A DNA stretch of 35,904 bases from NCBI GenBank assembly GCA_005888465.1, contig VAYJ01000004.1, forward strand, positions 2,524-38,427, read 5' to 3'. Below, piece by piece: positions 8,675 through 16,561 of this stretch. Numbering within the stretch: the first letter of the stretch is position 1; every line of letters begins with the position of its first letter. Under the pieces are notes generated by a model. That model was not told the origin of the DNA. It did no database searches and saw only the letters and a program-made list of their open reading frames with translations. The translations under genes were made by a program, and so were the position numbers. Origin of the DNA: Actinomycetota bacterium. Lineage in GTDB: Bacteria > Actinomycetota > UBA4738.

Positions 8675-9580
8675 ATGTCCGCCCTGAACGTCATGTTGTT
8701 CGGCACTGGTTCCAATGTCGTGGTCACAGCCGGCCTTGCGCGCGGCGTGTTCGCGCGGCACGGCCTGACCCTCGACATTGCCTATACGCAGGGCTCCGAG
8801 ATGTTATGCGAGACTCTGCGCACGGGCGGTTGTGACATCGGGGTGCTGGCCGCCGACGACGTGGTTTACGAGGTGGAGCGGCGTGGGCTCGACTTCTTCC
8901 TGTTCATGGGGATCCACACCGGGCTTCTGTCGCTGATGACACGCCCGGAGATCACGACGCTAGGCGCACTCGCCGGCCGCCGCTTCGGCGTCGACGACAC
9001 CGCCTCCGGCTTCGTGCTACTCGCCCGGCAGATCCTGCGCGACCACGGCCTCACCGAGGGCGGCTACGCACTCGTCAAGGCCAAGGGCATGAACCTACGC
9101 GCCCAGGCGCTCGAGAACGGGGAAATCGACGCCGCCCTACTCTCGCCGCCCTTCACGCTACGGCTGCGTGACCGGGGCTTCCGGGAGCTGGCGCGCGTGC
9201 ACGATTTCTTCCCACGCTACCAGGCCGGCTGCTGGGTGACCACCCGCGCCTGGGCGACGAAGCACGAGGAGGAGCTGACGACCTTCGTGCGCGCCTACCT
9301 CGAGAGTCTCGCCTGGACGCTCGACCGGAAGAACCGCGAGGAGGCGGCCGGCTATCTCGGCCAGGAGTTCAAGCTCGAGCCGGACATTGCCCGCCGGACC
9401 TATGACCTGCTCGCCGAGTCCGACGGCGGTGGTCTCTTTCGCGAGGCCGCCATCGACGCGGAGGGCATCCAGGTCGTGATCGACATGCGTGTGGAGGCGG
9501 GCCTGCTGCCGTCTCCGCCACCGCCCGCGTCGAAGTACTACGATGCTCGTTACCTCGAGCGCGCCCGCGGCGGCGCCTAG
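8675..9580 (+). CDS. NMT1/THI5/SsuA-fold periplasmic-binding-protein-like protein with no evident signal peptide
   Basis: GVFARHGL, LAGRRFGVD and ALENGEIDAALL motifs. The ATG follows AAGGAG and the sequence begins directly with the first strand of the fold. Confidence 0.85.
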   Translation: MSALNVMLFGTGSNVVVTAGLARGVFARHGLTLDIAYTQGSEMLCETLRTGGCDIGVLAADDVVYEVERRGLDFFLFMGIHTGLLSLMTRPEITTLGALAGRRFGVDDTASGFVLLARQILRDHGLTEGGYALVKAKGMNLRAQALENGEIDAALLSPPFTLRLRDRGFRELARVHDFFPRYQAGCWVTTRAWATKHEEELTTFVRAYLESLAWTLDRKNREEAAGYLGQEFKLEPDIARRTYDLLAESDGGGLFREAAIDAEGIQVVIDMRVEAGLLPSPPPPASKYYDARYLERARGGA

Positions 9581-9597
9581 CAGAAGGGGAAAAGGCA

Positions 9598-10647
9598 ATG
9601 GACAACGTCGCGCTGGCCTCGCTGTTCCGGAAAGAGTTCGAGTGGTGCTGCGTCGCCGCCGGTGAGTCGGTCGCCATCGTCACCGAGCCCGCGTCATCGC
9701 CCAGCTACGTGGCGGCCAGCCTGGCCAGTTTGGCTGGCATGGGCGCGCAGCCGTTTCAGGTGATGCTGCCCCTGACCCTCAGGACCGACGATATCGCCGT
9801 CGTCGCCCAGGGTTCCGGCGCCTCTACCATTCTGGCCGACTTCCCGCACGTGGTGGAACTACTCGGCAAGTGCGGCCTCGTCATTGATCTCACCCTCGAG
9901 GGGCTGGTCCACTCGCCGGAGACGAAGACCGTCCTCGCCGGCGGCGCCCGCATGCTGTGGATCCGCGAGCCCGCCGACGCGCTGGCCCGGCTTCTCCCCA
10001 CCGCCGAGCGGGTAGGACGCATCGACCGATCCGTGGAGCTCCTGCGGAGCGCGAAGGAGATGATCGTGACCTCCAAGGCTGGCACCCGCCTCCGCGCCAA
10101 CCTGGAGGGAGCGCTGCTGACCGGCTCGCGCGGGTTCTGCGCCGAGCGGGGCCGCTGGGCGCACTGGGGTCAGGGACTGGCCGCGGCCTACGTGGCGTCG
10201 CTCGACGTCGACGGCGAGATCGTGCTCGACATCGGCGACATCGTCTTCCCGTTCAACCGCTATGTTGACGGCCGCACCACTTTGCGATTTCGAGAGGGTT
10301 TCGTGGAAGCCATCGAGGGCGAAGGGCTCGACGCCGCGCTCATTCGCGATTACATGGCACGTTGGAACGACCGCAACGCGTACGGCATCTCGCACGTGGG
10401 CTGGGGCCTGCACGAGCGCGGTCTCTGGCACGCGCTGAGCCTCTACGGCAGCGTGGCCATGGGTCTCGACGGCCGAGTGTTCGAGGGCAACTTCCTCTTC
10501 TCGACGGGGCCCAACCACGCTGCGGGCCGGCAGTCGGGCTGCCACTTCGACATCCCCATGCGAAACTGCAGCATCTTCCTCGATGGCACGCCCGTCGTCA
10601 TCGACGGCGTCATCGTGGAGCCGTCGATCCGGCGCGCCGGGGCGTGA
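9598..10647 (+). CDS. nicX: 2,5-dihydroxypyridine 5,6-dioxygenase (NicX) homologue
   Basis: RWAHW, AYGISHVGWGL, GNFLFSTGPN and CHFDIPMRNC match NicX motifs (recalled as SHIGWGL, NFLFSTGPN, CHLDIP) that include the Fe ligands. Exact substrate is not proven. Confidence 0.85.
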   Translation: MDNVALASLFRKEFEWCCVAAGESVAIVTEPASSPSYVAASLASLAGMGAQPFQVMLPLTLRTDDIAVVAQGSGASTILADFPHVVELLGKCGLVIDLTLEGLVHSPETKTVLAGGARMLWIREPADALARLLPTAERVGRIDRSVELLRSAKEMIVTSKAGTRLRANLEGALLTGSRGFCAERGRWAHWGQGLAAAYVASLDVDGEIVLDIGDIVFPFNRYVDGRTTLRFREGFVEAIEGEGLDAALIRDYMARWNDRNAYGISHVGWGLHERGLWHALSLYGSVAMGLDGRVFEGNFLFSTGPNHAAGRQSGCHFDIPMRNCSIFLDGTPVVIDGVIVEPSIRRAGA

Positions 10648-10676
10648 TCCGGCTTCACCCGGCCGTGACCGCTCTT

Positions 10677-10766
10677 CGACTCGAATCCGCGTGTCTCGGC
10701 GGAGCGCGACATGAAGGCGACGTCGACGTTGTAGGCGGGCAGCGGCACCGACACCCCGATGTTCAT
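10677..10766 (-). pseudogene. N-terminal stub of an LLM-class (F420-dependent type) oxidoreductase
   Basis: MNIGVSVPLPAYNVDVAFMSRSAETRGFES behind a CAGGAGGA RBS. Similarity stops right after GFES, just before the convergent nicX end. Confidence 0.7.
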
Positions 10767-11210
10767 GACGTCCTCCTGTCGAAGGAGGAAAGCGATGGAT
10801 CCCGCACGCGGCCCCGAATCTCGGCCAGCGACCCATAGAGATCAGGACGCCGATCACGATAGTACCCCACATCGCGCGCAGCCCGGGCATGACCGAGACA
10901 TCGATGTCGGCGACCACCGTGTCTTCGCCGGTGTCTTTGGCTTGGGCGATGATCTCTCCCCGCAGACTGGCGACGAGACTGCTGCCGAAGTAGTTTCTGG
11001 TCGAGTCCCCACGTCCATACCGACCTTGTTCACGCAGCAGACGTAGAAGATGCTCGTCACCGCGTGAGCACGAAGCTCGAGGTCCGAGAGATGCCGCGTC
11101 ATTCCGCTCGTCACGGTGGGCCCGAACACGATATCGGCGCCGCCGAGACCGGGAATCGTGGGGAAAATGACGGTCATAGCAGATGAGGATGCCGATCCGC
11201 CCGCGCCCCG
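10763..11210 (-). pseudogene. C-terminal half of a carbon-nitrogen hydrolase (nitrilase superfamily; beta-ureidopropionase / N-carbamoyl amidase-like), frameshifted
   Basis: Fragments in alternating frames: RIGILICYDRHFP (catalytic Cys), GLGGADIVFGPT...RAHAV..FYVCCVNKVG, NYFGSSLV...GEIIAQA...VVADID...MW, and YYRDRRPDLYG. At least 3 frameshifts. The stop overlaps the ATG of the LLM stub (ATGA). Confidence 0.85.
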
Positions 11211-11250
11211 AACGGTCATCCGCGGACTGCAGTGCCGGCGCCGTGCGACG

Positions 11251-11973
11251 TCAGCTCGCGCCGAGGTACGCCTTCTGCACGTGCTCGCTGGCCGCAACCG
11301 CGGCCGATGGCCCCTCGAGCACGACCCGTCCCTGCTCCATCACGTAGACGAACCGAGCGAGCTTGAACGCCAGGCGGGCGTTCTGCTCCACGAGGAGGAT
11401 CGTCACGCCCTGGCGATTCACCTCGAGCAGGCGCCGATAGACCTCCTGCACGATCACCGGCGCGAGGCCCTGGGACATCTCGTCGGCCATGATGAGCCGC
11501 GGCGAGGCCATGAGCGCGCGCCCGATGGCGAGCATCTGCTGCTCGCCGCCGGACAGGCTTCCGGAGCGCTGCGCCTGGCGCTCCTGCAGGCGCGGGAAGG
11601 CCGCGAACACCATCTGGAGCGTACCCGCGACCTCCGCTCCGTTGGTGCGGAGATAGGCGCCGAGCCGGAGGTTCTCGAGCACCGTCATCTTCGCGAACAC
11701 GCGACGGCCCTCGGGCACGTGCGCGATGCCGAGCGCCGCGATCTCGCGCGAGGCGCGCCCGTCGATGCGGCCGCCCTCCCAGCGGATCTGGCCCGAGCGC
11801 AGCGGCTGCAGCCCGCACACCGCCTTGAGCAGCGAGGTCTTGCCGGCGCCATTCGGTCCGACGATGGCGGTGATGGACCCGCGCTCCACCCGGACCGTGG
11901 CCCCGTTCACGGCGCGCGCCTTGCCGTAGATCACCTCGATGTCCTCGACGTCGAGCAGCGTGCCGCCGGTCAT
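11251..11973 (-). CDS. livF: Branched-chain amino acid-type ABC ATPase (LivF family)
   Basis: GPNGAGKT, HVPEGRRVF, LSGGEQQMLAIGRALM, LLVEQN. Start re-called at 11973 (ATGA overlap). Confidence 0.93.
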   Translation of the reverse strand: MTGGTLLDVEDIEVIYGKARAVNGATVRVERGSITAIVGPNGAGKTSLLKAVCGLQPLRSGQIRWEGGRIDGRASREIAALGIAHVPEGRRVFAKMTVLENLRLGAYLRTNGAEVAGTLQMVFAAFPRLQERQAQRSGSLSGGEQQMLAIGRALMASPRLIMADEMSQGLAPVIVQEVYRRLLEVNRQGVTILLVEQNARLAFKLARFVYVMEQGRVVLEGPSAAVAASEHVQKAYLGAS

Positions 11974-12731
11974 GCGAGCTCCGCCACGCCGAGATAGGCG
12001 TCCACGACGCCCTGGTCTCGCGTCAGACCCTCCGGCGCGCCGTCGTAGATCTTTTGGCCGAAGTGGAGTACGAGGGCGCGGTCGCACCAGCCGGCCACGA
12101 TCCGCATGTTGTGCTCGACGAGGACGACGGTGCAGCGCTGCCGGATCTCGGAGGCCACGAGGTTCATCATCCGGGTAGCCTCGTCGCGCGAGAGCCCGGC
12201 GGCCGGCTCGTCCAGCAGGAGCAGGACGGGCTCGGTCGCGAGCGCGACCGCGACCGTGAGCAGCTTCTGGATGCCGAGCGGTAGGTCGGCGGCGACGGTG
12301 TCGCGGTAGGCGGCAATGCCGAGGAGCTCGAGCACGCCGAGGGCGCGCCGCGCGACCTCCCGCTGCTCCTTCCCGTAGGCCGGCGTGGCGAGCAGCCCCG
12401 CCACTACGCGCGCCGGCACGTGCCGGTGCAGGCCGTGCAGAACGTTCTCGAGCGCCGTCTGCTCGCCGAACAGCGTCGTCTGCTGGAACGTGCGCGCGAC
12501 GCCGAGGCGCGCGAGATCGTGGCTCGAGAGCCCGGTCACGTCCCGGCCGTTGAAGACGATCTGACCGCGCGTCGGCGGAAACGCGCCGGCGATGATGTTG
12601 AACAGCGTCGATTTGCCTGCGCCGTTCGGTCCCACGAGCGCAACCAGCTCGCCGCGGCCCACCGTGAACGCCACGTCCTGGAGCGCCGTGAGCCCGCCGA
12701 ATCGCTTGGTGATGGAGCGGATCTCCAGCAT
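11970..12731 (-). CDS. livG: Branched-chain amino acid-type ABC ATPase (LivG family)
   Basis: KRFGGLTAL, GPNGAGKS, ARTFQ, LLLDEPAAGL, VEHNM, AYLG. Start re-called at 12731. Confidence 0.93.
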   Translation of the reverse strand: MLEIRSITKRFGGLTALQDVAFTVGRGELVALVGPNGAGKSTLFNIIAGAFPPTRGQIVFNGRDVTGLSSHDLARLGVARTFQQTTLFGEQTALENVLHGLHRHVPARVVAGLLATPAYGKEQREVARRALGVLELLGIAAYRDTVAADLPLGIQKLLTVAVALATEPVLLLLDEPAAGLSRDEATRMMNLVASEIRQRCTVVLVEHNMRIVAGWCDRALVLHFGQKIYDGAPEGLTRDQGVVDAYLGVAELA

Positions 12732-12733
12732 GC

Positions 12734-13708
12734 TTAACGCTCCCTGGCCGCGGTCACGTCCGCCGCCACCGGCAAGACGCGCTCGCGCGCCCCGCCCCGC
12801 CGGAGGATCCGCGGCAGTGAGATCAGGCCACCGGGCAGCGCGAGGATGACGACGAGCAGGACGACCGCGTAGACGAGGCTCTTGTAATAGCCGGCGGCGA
12901 AGAGCTGCTCGCCGAGCCCCGTGAGCAGCACCGTACCGAGCATTGGTCCCCAGTAGCTGCCGAGTCCACCAACCATGACGTAGATCATCAGGTCGTTCGA
13001 TAGGAAGAACGTGAAGACGAACGGGCTGACGAAGCGCAGGTAATGAACGTGCACGGCGCCCATGAGCCCGCAGAAGAAGCACGAGACGACGAACGCCAGC
13101 GTCTTGTAACGGGCGGCGTTGATGCCGAGGCTCTCCGCGAGCCGCTCCGTCTCCCGCGTGCGCAGGGCCAGGAGCGTGAACCCGAAGCGCGTCCACTGCA
13201 GCCGGTAGAGAAAGAACAACGAGACCAGGGCGACGGCTAGCACGACGTAATAGAATTGCAGGTGCGTGTTGAGCCGCGTGCCGAGCAGCGCGGGCCGCGG
13301 CACGCCCGCGATGCCGGCCGGCCCGCCGAACACCTCGAACGCGCGGAAGGCGGCGTTCACCACCTCCGCGAACGCGAACACGGACAGGCTGAAGTAGATG
13401 CCGCGCAGCTTCAGGGTCACGGCGCCGAGCGCCCACGCGAAGATGCCGGCGACGACGCCGCCGGCGAGGAAGCCGATCCACGGCGTGATGGCCAGCTTTG
13501 TCACTAACAGCGCCGAGGTGTAGCCGCCGAGCGCGATGTAGCCGGCGTGGCCGAACGACAGGTACCCCATCCGCATGATCACGTACAGCGCCTGCGCGTA
13601 TACGACGTTGATAAGGATGACGATCACCACGTGCAACACGTAGGGTTTGCCCAGCGGGGGCAGGAGCACCAGCGCCGCGATGAGGAGCCCGAGAAGGCCG
13701 CGCTTCAT
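12734..13708 (-). CDS. livM: Branched-chain amino acid-type ABC permease (LivM family)
   Basis: LSFGHAG, LRGIYF, AESLGIN, VGGLGS..GP. Start re-called at 13708 (ATGA overlap). Confidence 0.92.
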   Translation of the reverse strand: MKRGLLGLLIAALVLLPPLGKPYVLHVVIVILINVVYAQALYVIMRMGYLSFGHAGYIALGGYTSALLVTKLAITPWIGFLAGGVVAGIFAWALGAVTLKLRGIYFSLSVFAFAEVVNAAFRAFEVFGGPAGIAGVPRPALLGTRLNTHLQFYYVVLAVALVSLFFLYRLQWTRFGFTLLALRTRETERLAESLGINAARYKTLAFVVSCFFCGLMGAVHVHYLRFVSPFVFTFFLSNDLMIYVMVGGLGSYWGPMLGTVLLTGLGEQLFAAGYYKSLVYAVVLLVVILALPGGLISLPRILRRGGARERVLPVAADVTAARER

Positions 13709-14571
13709 GCCTTCCCGAGGAGCCCCGCAGGACGAACGACGAGCACGACGATCATCACGATGAAGACCAGGCCGTAGGCTGCCTCCGCGCCGAGCAGCAC
13801 GCCGCCGACGGATTGCAGCACGCCGACGAGGAGCCCGGCGAGCACGGTGCCCGTGATGCTCCCGAGCCCGCCGACGATGATGATGAGGAAGGACATGAGA
13901 ATGGCCTCGAGCCCCATCCCGGGGTTCAGCGAGTAGATGGGCGCGACGAAGGCGCCGGCGAGCGCGGCGAGCGCGAAGCCGACCGCGCACGCGAGTGCCG
14001 CGACGCGGTCGGCGTCGATGCCGAGCATGCGCGCGGTCTCCTCGTCCTCCTCGATCGCCCGCATCGCGAGGCCCACCTTCGTCCGGTACACAAGCGCGTA
14101 GAGGAGCCCGACGAGGACCACGCCGACGGCGGCGGCGATCAGCCGCTGCGTGGGCAGGCGCACGCCGCCGAAGGCGACGACCCCGGTGAAGAACGAGGGG
14201 ACGTTCTTCTCCTGGATGCCGAACGCGATCCACCCGAGCGACTGGATGATGAGCGAGAGGCCCACGCTGGCCACCACCAGCTGCAGCCACTGGCCGCGCA
14301 GCGGGCGAAAGAACGCGCGCTCGACGCCGAGCCCGAGCAGGAGCGAGAGCAGGAGGATCACCACGAGCGTCGCCGCGAACGGCAGCTTGAAGACGACGTA
14401 GCAGTAGAACACGCCCATCGCGCCGAGCATGTAGATCTCACCGTGCGCGAAGTTGACGATGTGCAGGATGCCGTAGATCAGCGTGAGCCCGAGCGCGATG
14501 AGAACGTAGAGGATGCCCGTGAGCAGGCCGATGGCCAGGCCCTGCCCGATCAGATGAAGGTAAACGTCCAT
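13705..14571 (-). CDS. livH: Branched-chain amino acid-type ABC permease (LivH family)
   Basis: ALGLTLIYG..VNFAHGE, GLAMRA, IVGGLGSI, VRPAGLLG. Confidence 0.94.
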   Translation of the reverse strand: MDVYLHLIGQGLAIGLLTGILYVLIALGLTLIYGILHIVNFAHGEIYMLGAMGVFYCYVVFKLPFAATLVVILLLSLLLGLGVERAFFRPLRGQWLQLVVASVGLSLIIQSLGWIAFGIQEKNVPSFFTGVVAFGGVRLPTQRLIAAAVGVVLVGLLYALVYRTKVGLAMRAIEEDEETARMLGIDADRVAALACAVGFALAALAGAFVAPIYSLNPGMGLEAILMSFLIIIVGGLGSITGTVLAGLLVGVLQSVGGVLLGAEAAYGLVFIVMIVVLVVRPAGLLGKA

Positions 14572-14574
14572 TGG

Positions 14575-14640
14575 GAAGGGGGCCGCGAAGGAAGGCCCCC
14601 TTCACCCCCAAATGCTCGGAGCTCCCCGGCGAAGCCGGGG
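14575..14640. repeat. Two GC-rich hairpins (REP-like) between the SBP gene and livH
   Basis: GAAGGGGGCC/GGCCCCCTTC at 14575-14603 and CCCCGGC-GAA-GCCGGGG at 14624-14640. Confidence 0.7.
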
Positions 14641-14663
14641 CGCCCCTCGGTTACCCGCTTTGA

Positions 14664-15836
14664 TCACTCGAACTTTCCGGAGCGGACGTCGAAGGGCTCC
14701 CACTTGCCGTTCTTGAGAATGGCGGCCGGGATCGGCATGATGATCTGCCGCTTGATGCCGTAGGCCTTCTCCCCGCCCCACGACGCCGCGCCGAACGGAT
14801 GCGCCGCGTAGGTGGAGCCCGCGAGCGCGTCGGCCACCTTCATCGTGTCGAAGGTGCCGGCCTTGACGATGGTGTCGACCAGCCAGCGGGCGGCGCCGTA
14901 CGTCTCCCACAGCGTGCCCGGAGCCGCCTCGCCGTACTTCTTCTGGTGCCGCTCGGCGAGCTCCGTGTAGAGCTTCGTCGGCGGGCTCGCCCAGATGCGG
15001 AGCGCGATGATGTTCTCGCCCGCCTTGCCCGCGATGTCGGAGATGGCCTTGGCTTCGAGCACGGCGGTGGAGTTCACGAAGTAGCCGTTGTAGCCCAGCT
15101 CTCGCGCTTGCTTGGCGATCAGCGCGATCGATCCCGTCGGCGAGCCGTCGGTATCGATGATATCGGGCTTCTGCGCGATCAGGCGCAGCAGCGCCGGCCC
15201 GAAGTCGCGGGCGCCACGCTCGTAGTACTCGTCGCCGACGAAGGACACGCCCTTGGCCTTGAGCTTCTCCACCTCAGCCTTGATCGCCTTCGCGTCGTTC
15301 TTCCCCAGCTCGTCATTGGGGCCGAGGAAGGCGATGCGCTTGCCGCCGAGCTTCTCGGCGATGGCCACCGCGTACGCCTGGTATAGCTGGTCGGACGACG
15401 CCATGATGCGGAACGCGGTCGGGTTGTCCGGGTTCGTGATCTGCCGGCCGGCGGCGGCGAAGGCGAAGTCGAGGAACCCGGTCTCCCGGATGATCGGCAG
15501 GATCGGCGGGTGCACGCCGGCGCCGATGATGACGCCGTACTTGACGTTGTCGTTGTAGACGGCGCGGTTGATCGCGGCCACCGTCTTGTCCGGCGCGTAC
15601 ACGGTATCGTAGGTCACGACCTCCAGCTTGTATTTCTCCCCCGCCACGGCGAAGACGCCGACGTCCTCGGCGGCCAGCTCGAGACCGCGCTGCACACCGA
15701 GGCCGAACGCCGCCGCCGGCCCCGAGACGGGGACGATGGCGCCGACCTTGAACGACTTCTGCGCGTGGACTCCAGCCGGCAGGCCGACCACGGCGAGCGC
15801 AACCAGCAAGACGAGGGCAAGCATCGGACGTCTCAT
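14664..15836 (-). CDS. Liv-type (Peripla_BP_6) ABC substrate-binding protein, intact copy
   Basis: Signal peptide MRRPMLALVLLVALAVVGLPAGVHA; KVGAIVPVSGPAAAFG, KPDII, KQARELG. The 590-aa track ORF is an upstream extension through the duplication. Confidence 0.92.
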   Translation of the reverse strand: MRRPMLALVLLVALAVVGLPAGVHAQKSFKVGAIVPVSGPAAAFGLGVQRGLELAAEDVGVFAVAGEKYKLEVVTYDTVYAPDKTVAAINRAVYNDNVKYGVIIGAGVHPPILPIIRETGFLDFAFAAAGRQITNPDNPTAFRIMASSDQLYQAYAVAIAEKLGGKRIAFLGPNDELGKNDAKAIKAEVEKLKAKGVSFVGDEYYERGARDFGPALLRLIAQKPDIIDTDGSPTGSIALIAKQARELGYNGYFVNSTAVLEAKAISDIAGKAGENIIALRIWASPPTKLYTELAERHQKKYGEAAPGTLWETYGAARWLVDTIVKAGTFDTMKVADALAGSTYAAHPFGAASWGGEKAYGIKRQIIMPIPAAILKNGKWEPFDVRSGKFE

Positions 15837-16561
15837 GCGGAGTCTCCATTGTGGATGCATGCGTTCAGCACCTCGAGGAAGTACTCGATCTCGGCCTCGC
15901 CCACCGCCGTGGACAGGCACCCGAGCCCGGTCGGCGCCAGCAGGATGCCGTGGTCGATGAGCTCGCGATAGAGCTGGTCGGACGACGCCATGATGCGGAA
16001 CGCGGTCGGGTTGTCCGGGTTCGTGATCTGCCGGCCGGCGGCGGCGAAGGCGAAGTCGAGGAACCCGGTCTCCCGGATGATCGGCAGGATCGGCGGGTGC
16101 ACGCCGGCGCCGATGATGACGCCGTACTTGACGTTGTCGTTGTAGACGGCGCGGTTGATCGCGGCCACCGTCTTGTCCGGCGCGTACACGGTATCGTAGG
16201 TCACGACCTCCAGCTTGTATTTCTCCCCCGCCACGGCGAAGACGCCGACGTCCTCGGCGGCCAGCTCGAGACCGCGCTGCACACCGAGGCCGAACGCCGC
16301 CGCCGGCCCCGAGACGGGGACGATGGCGCCGACCTTGAACGACTTCTGCGCGTGGACTCCAGCCGGCAGGCCGACCACGGCGAGCGCAACCAGCAAGACG
16401 AGGGCAAGCATCGGACGTCTCATGCGGAGTCTCCATTGTGGATGCATGCGTTCAGCACCTCGAGGAAGTACTCGATCTCGGCCTCGCCCACCGCCGTGGA
16501 CAGGCACCCGAGCCCGGTCGGCGCCAGCAGGATGCCGTGGTCGATGAGCTTGCGATAGAGC
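15385..16561. repeat. 587-bp direct tandem duplication (15385-15971 / 15972-16558)
   Basis: Copies match at offset 587 with one visible mismatch (15964 C vs 16551 T). Shadow ORFs are duplicated at the same offset. Confidence 0.95.
15833..16423 (-). pseudogene. Chimeric ORF from the duplication: SBP N-terminal part fused in frame to the aminotransferase C-terminal tail
   Basis: MRRPML...MASSDQLY|RELIDHGILLAPTG...NGDSA*, 196 aa. Confidence 0.85.

Noticed and set aside
14664-16436. 590-aa SBP with a long N-terminal extension
   Set aside because: The extension is an off-frame reading of the duplicated segment; the signal peptide starts at 15836.
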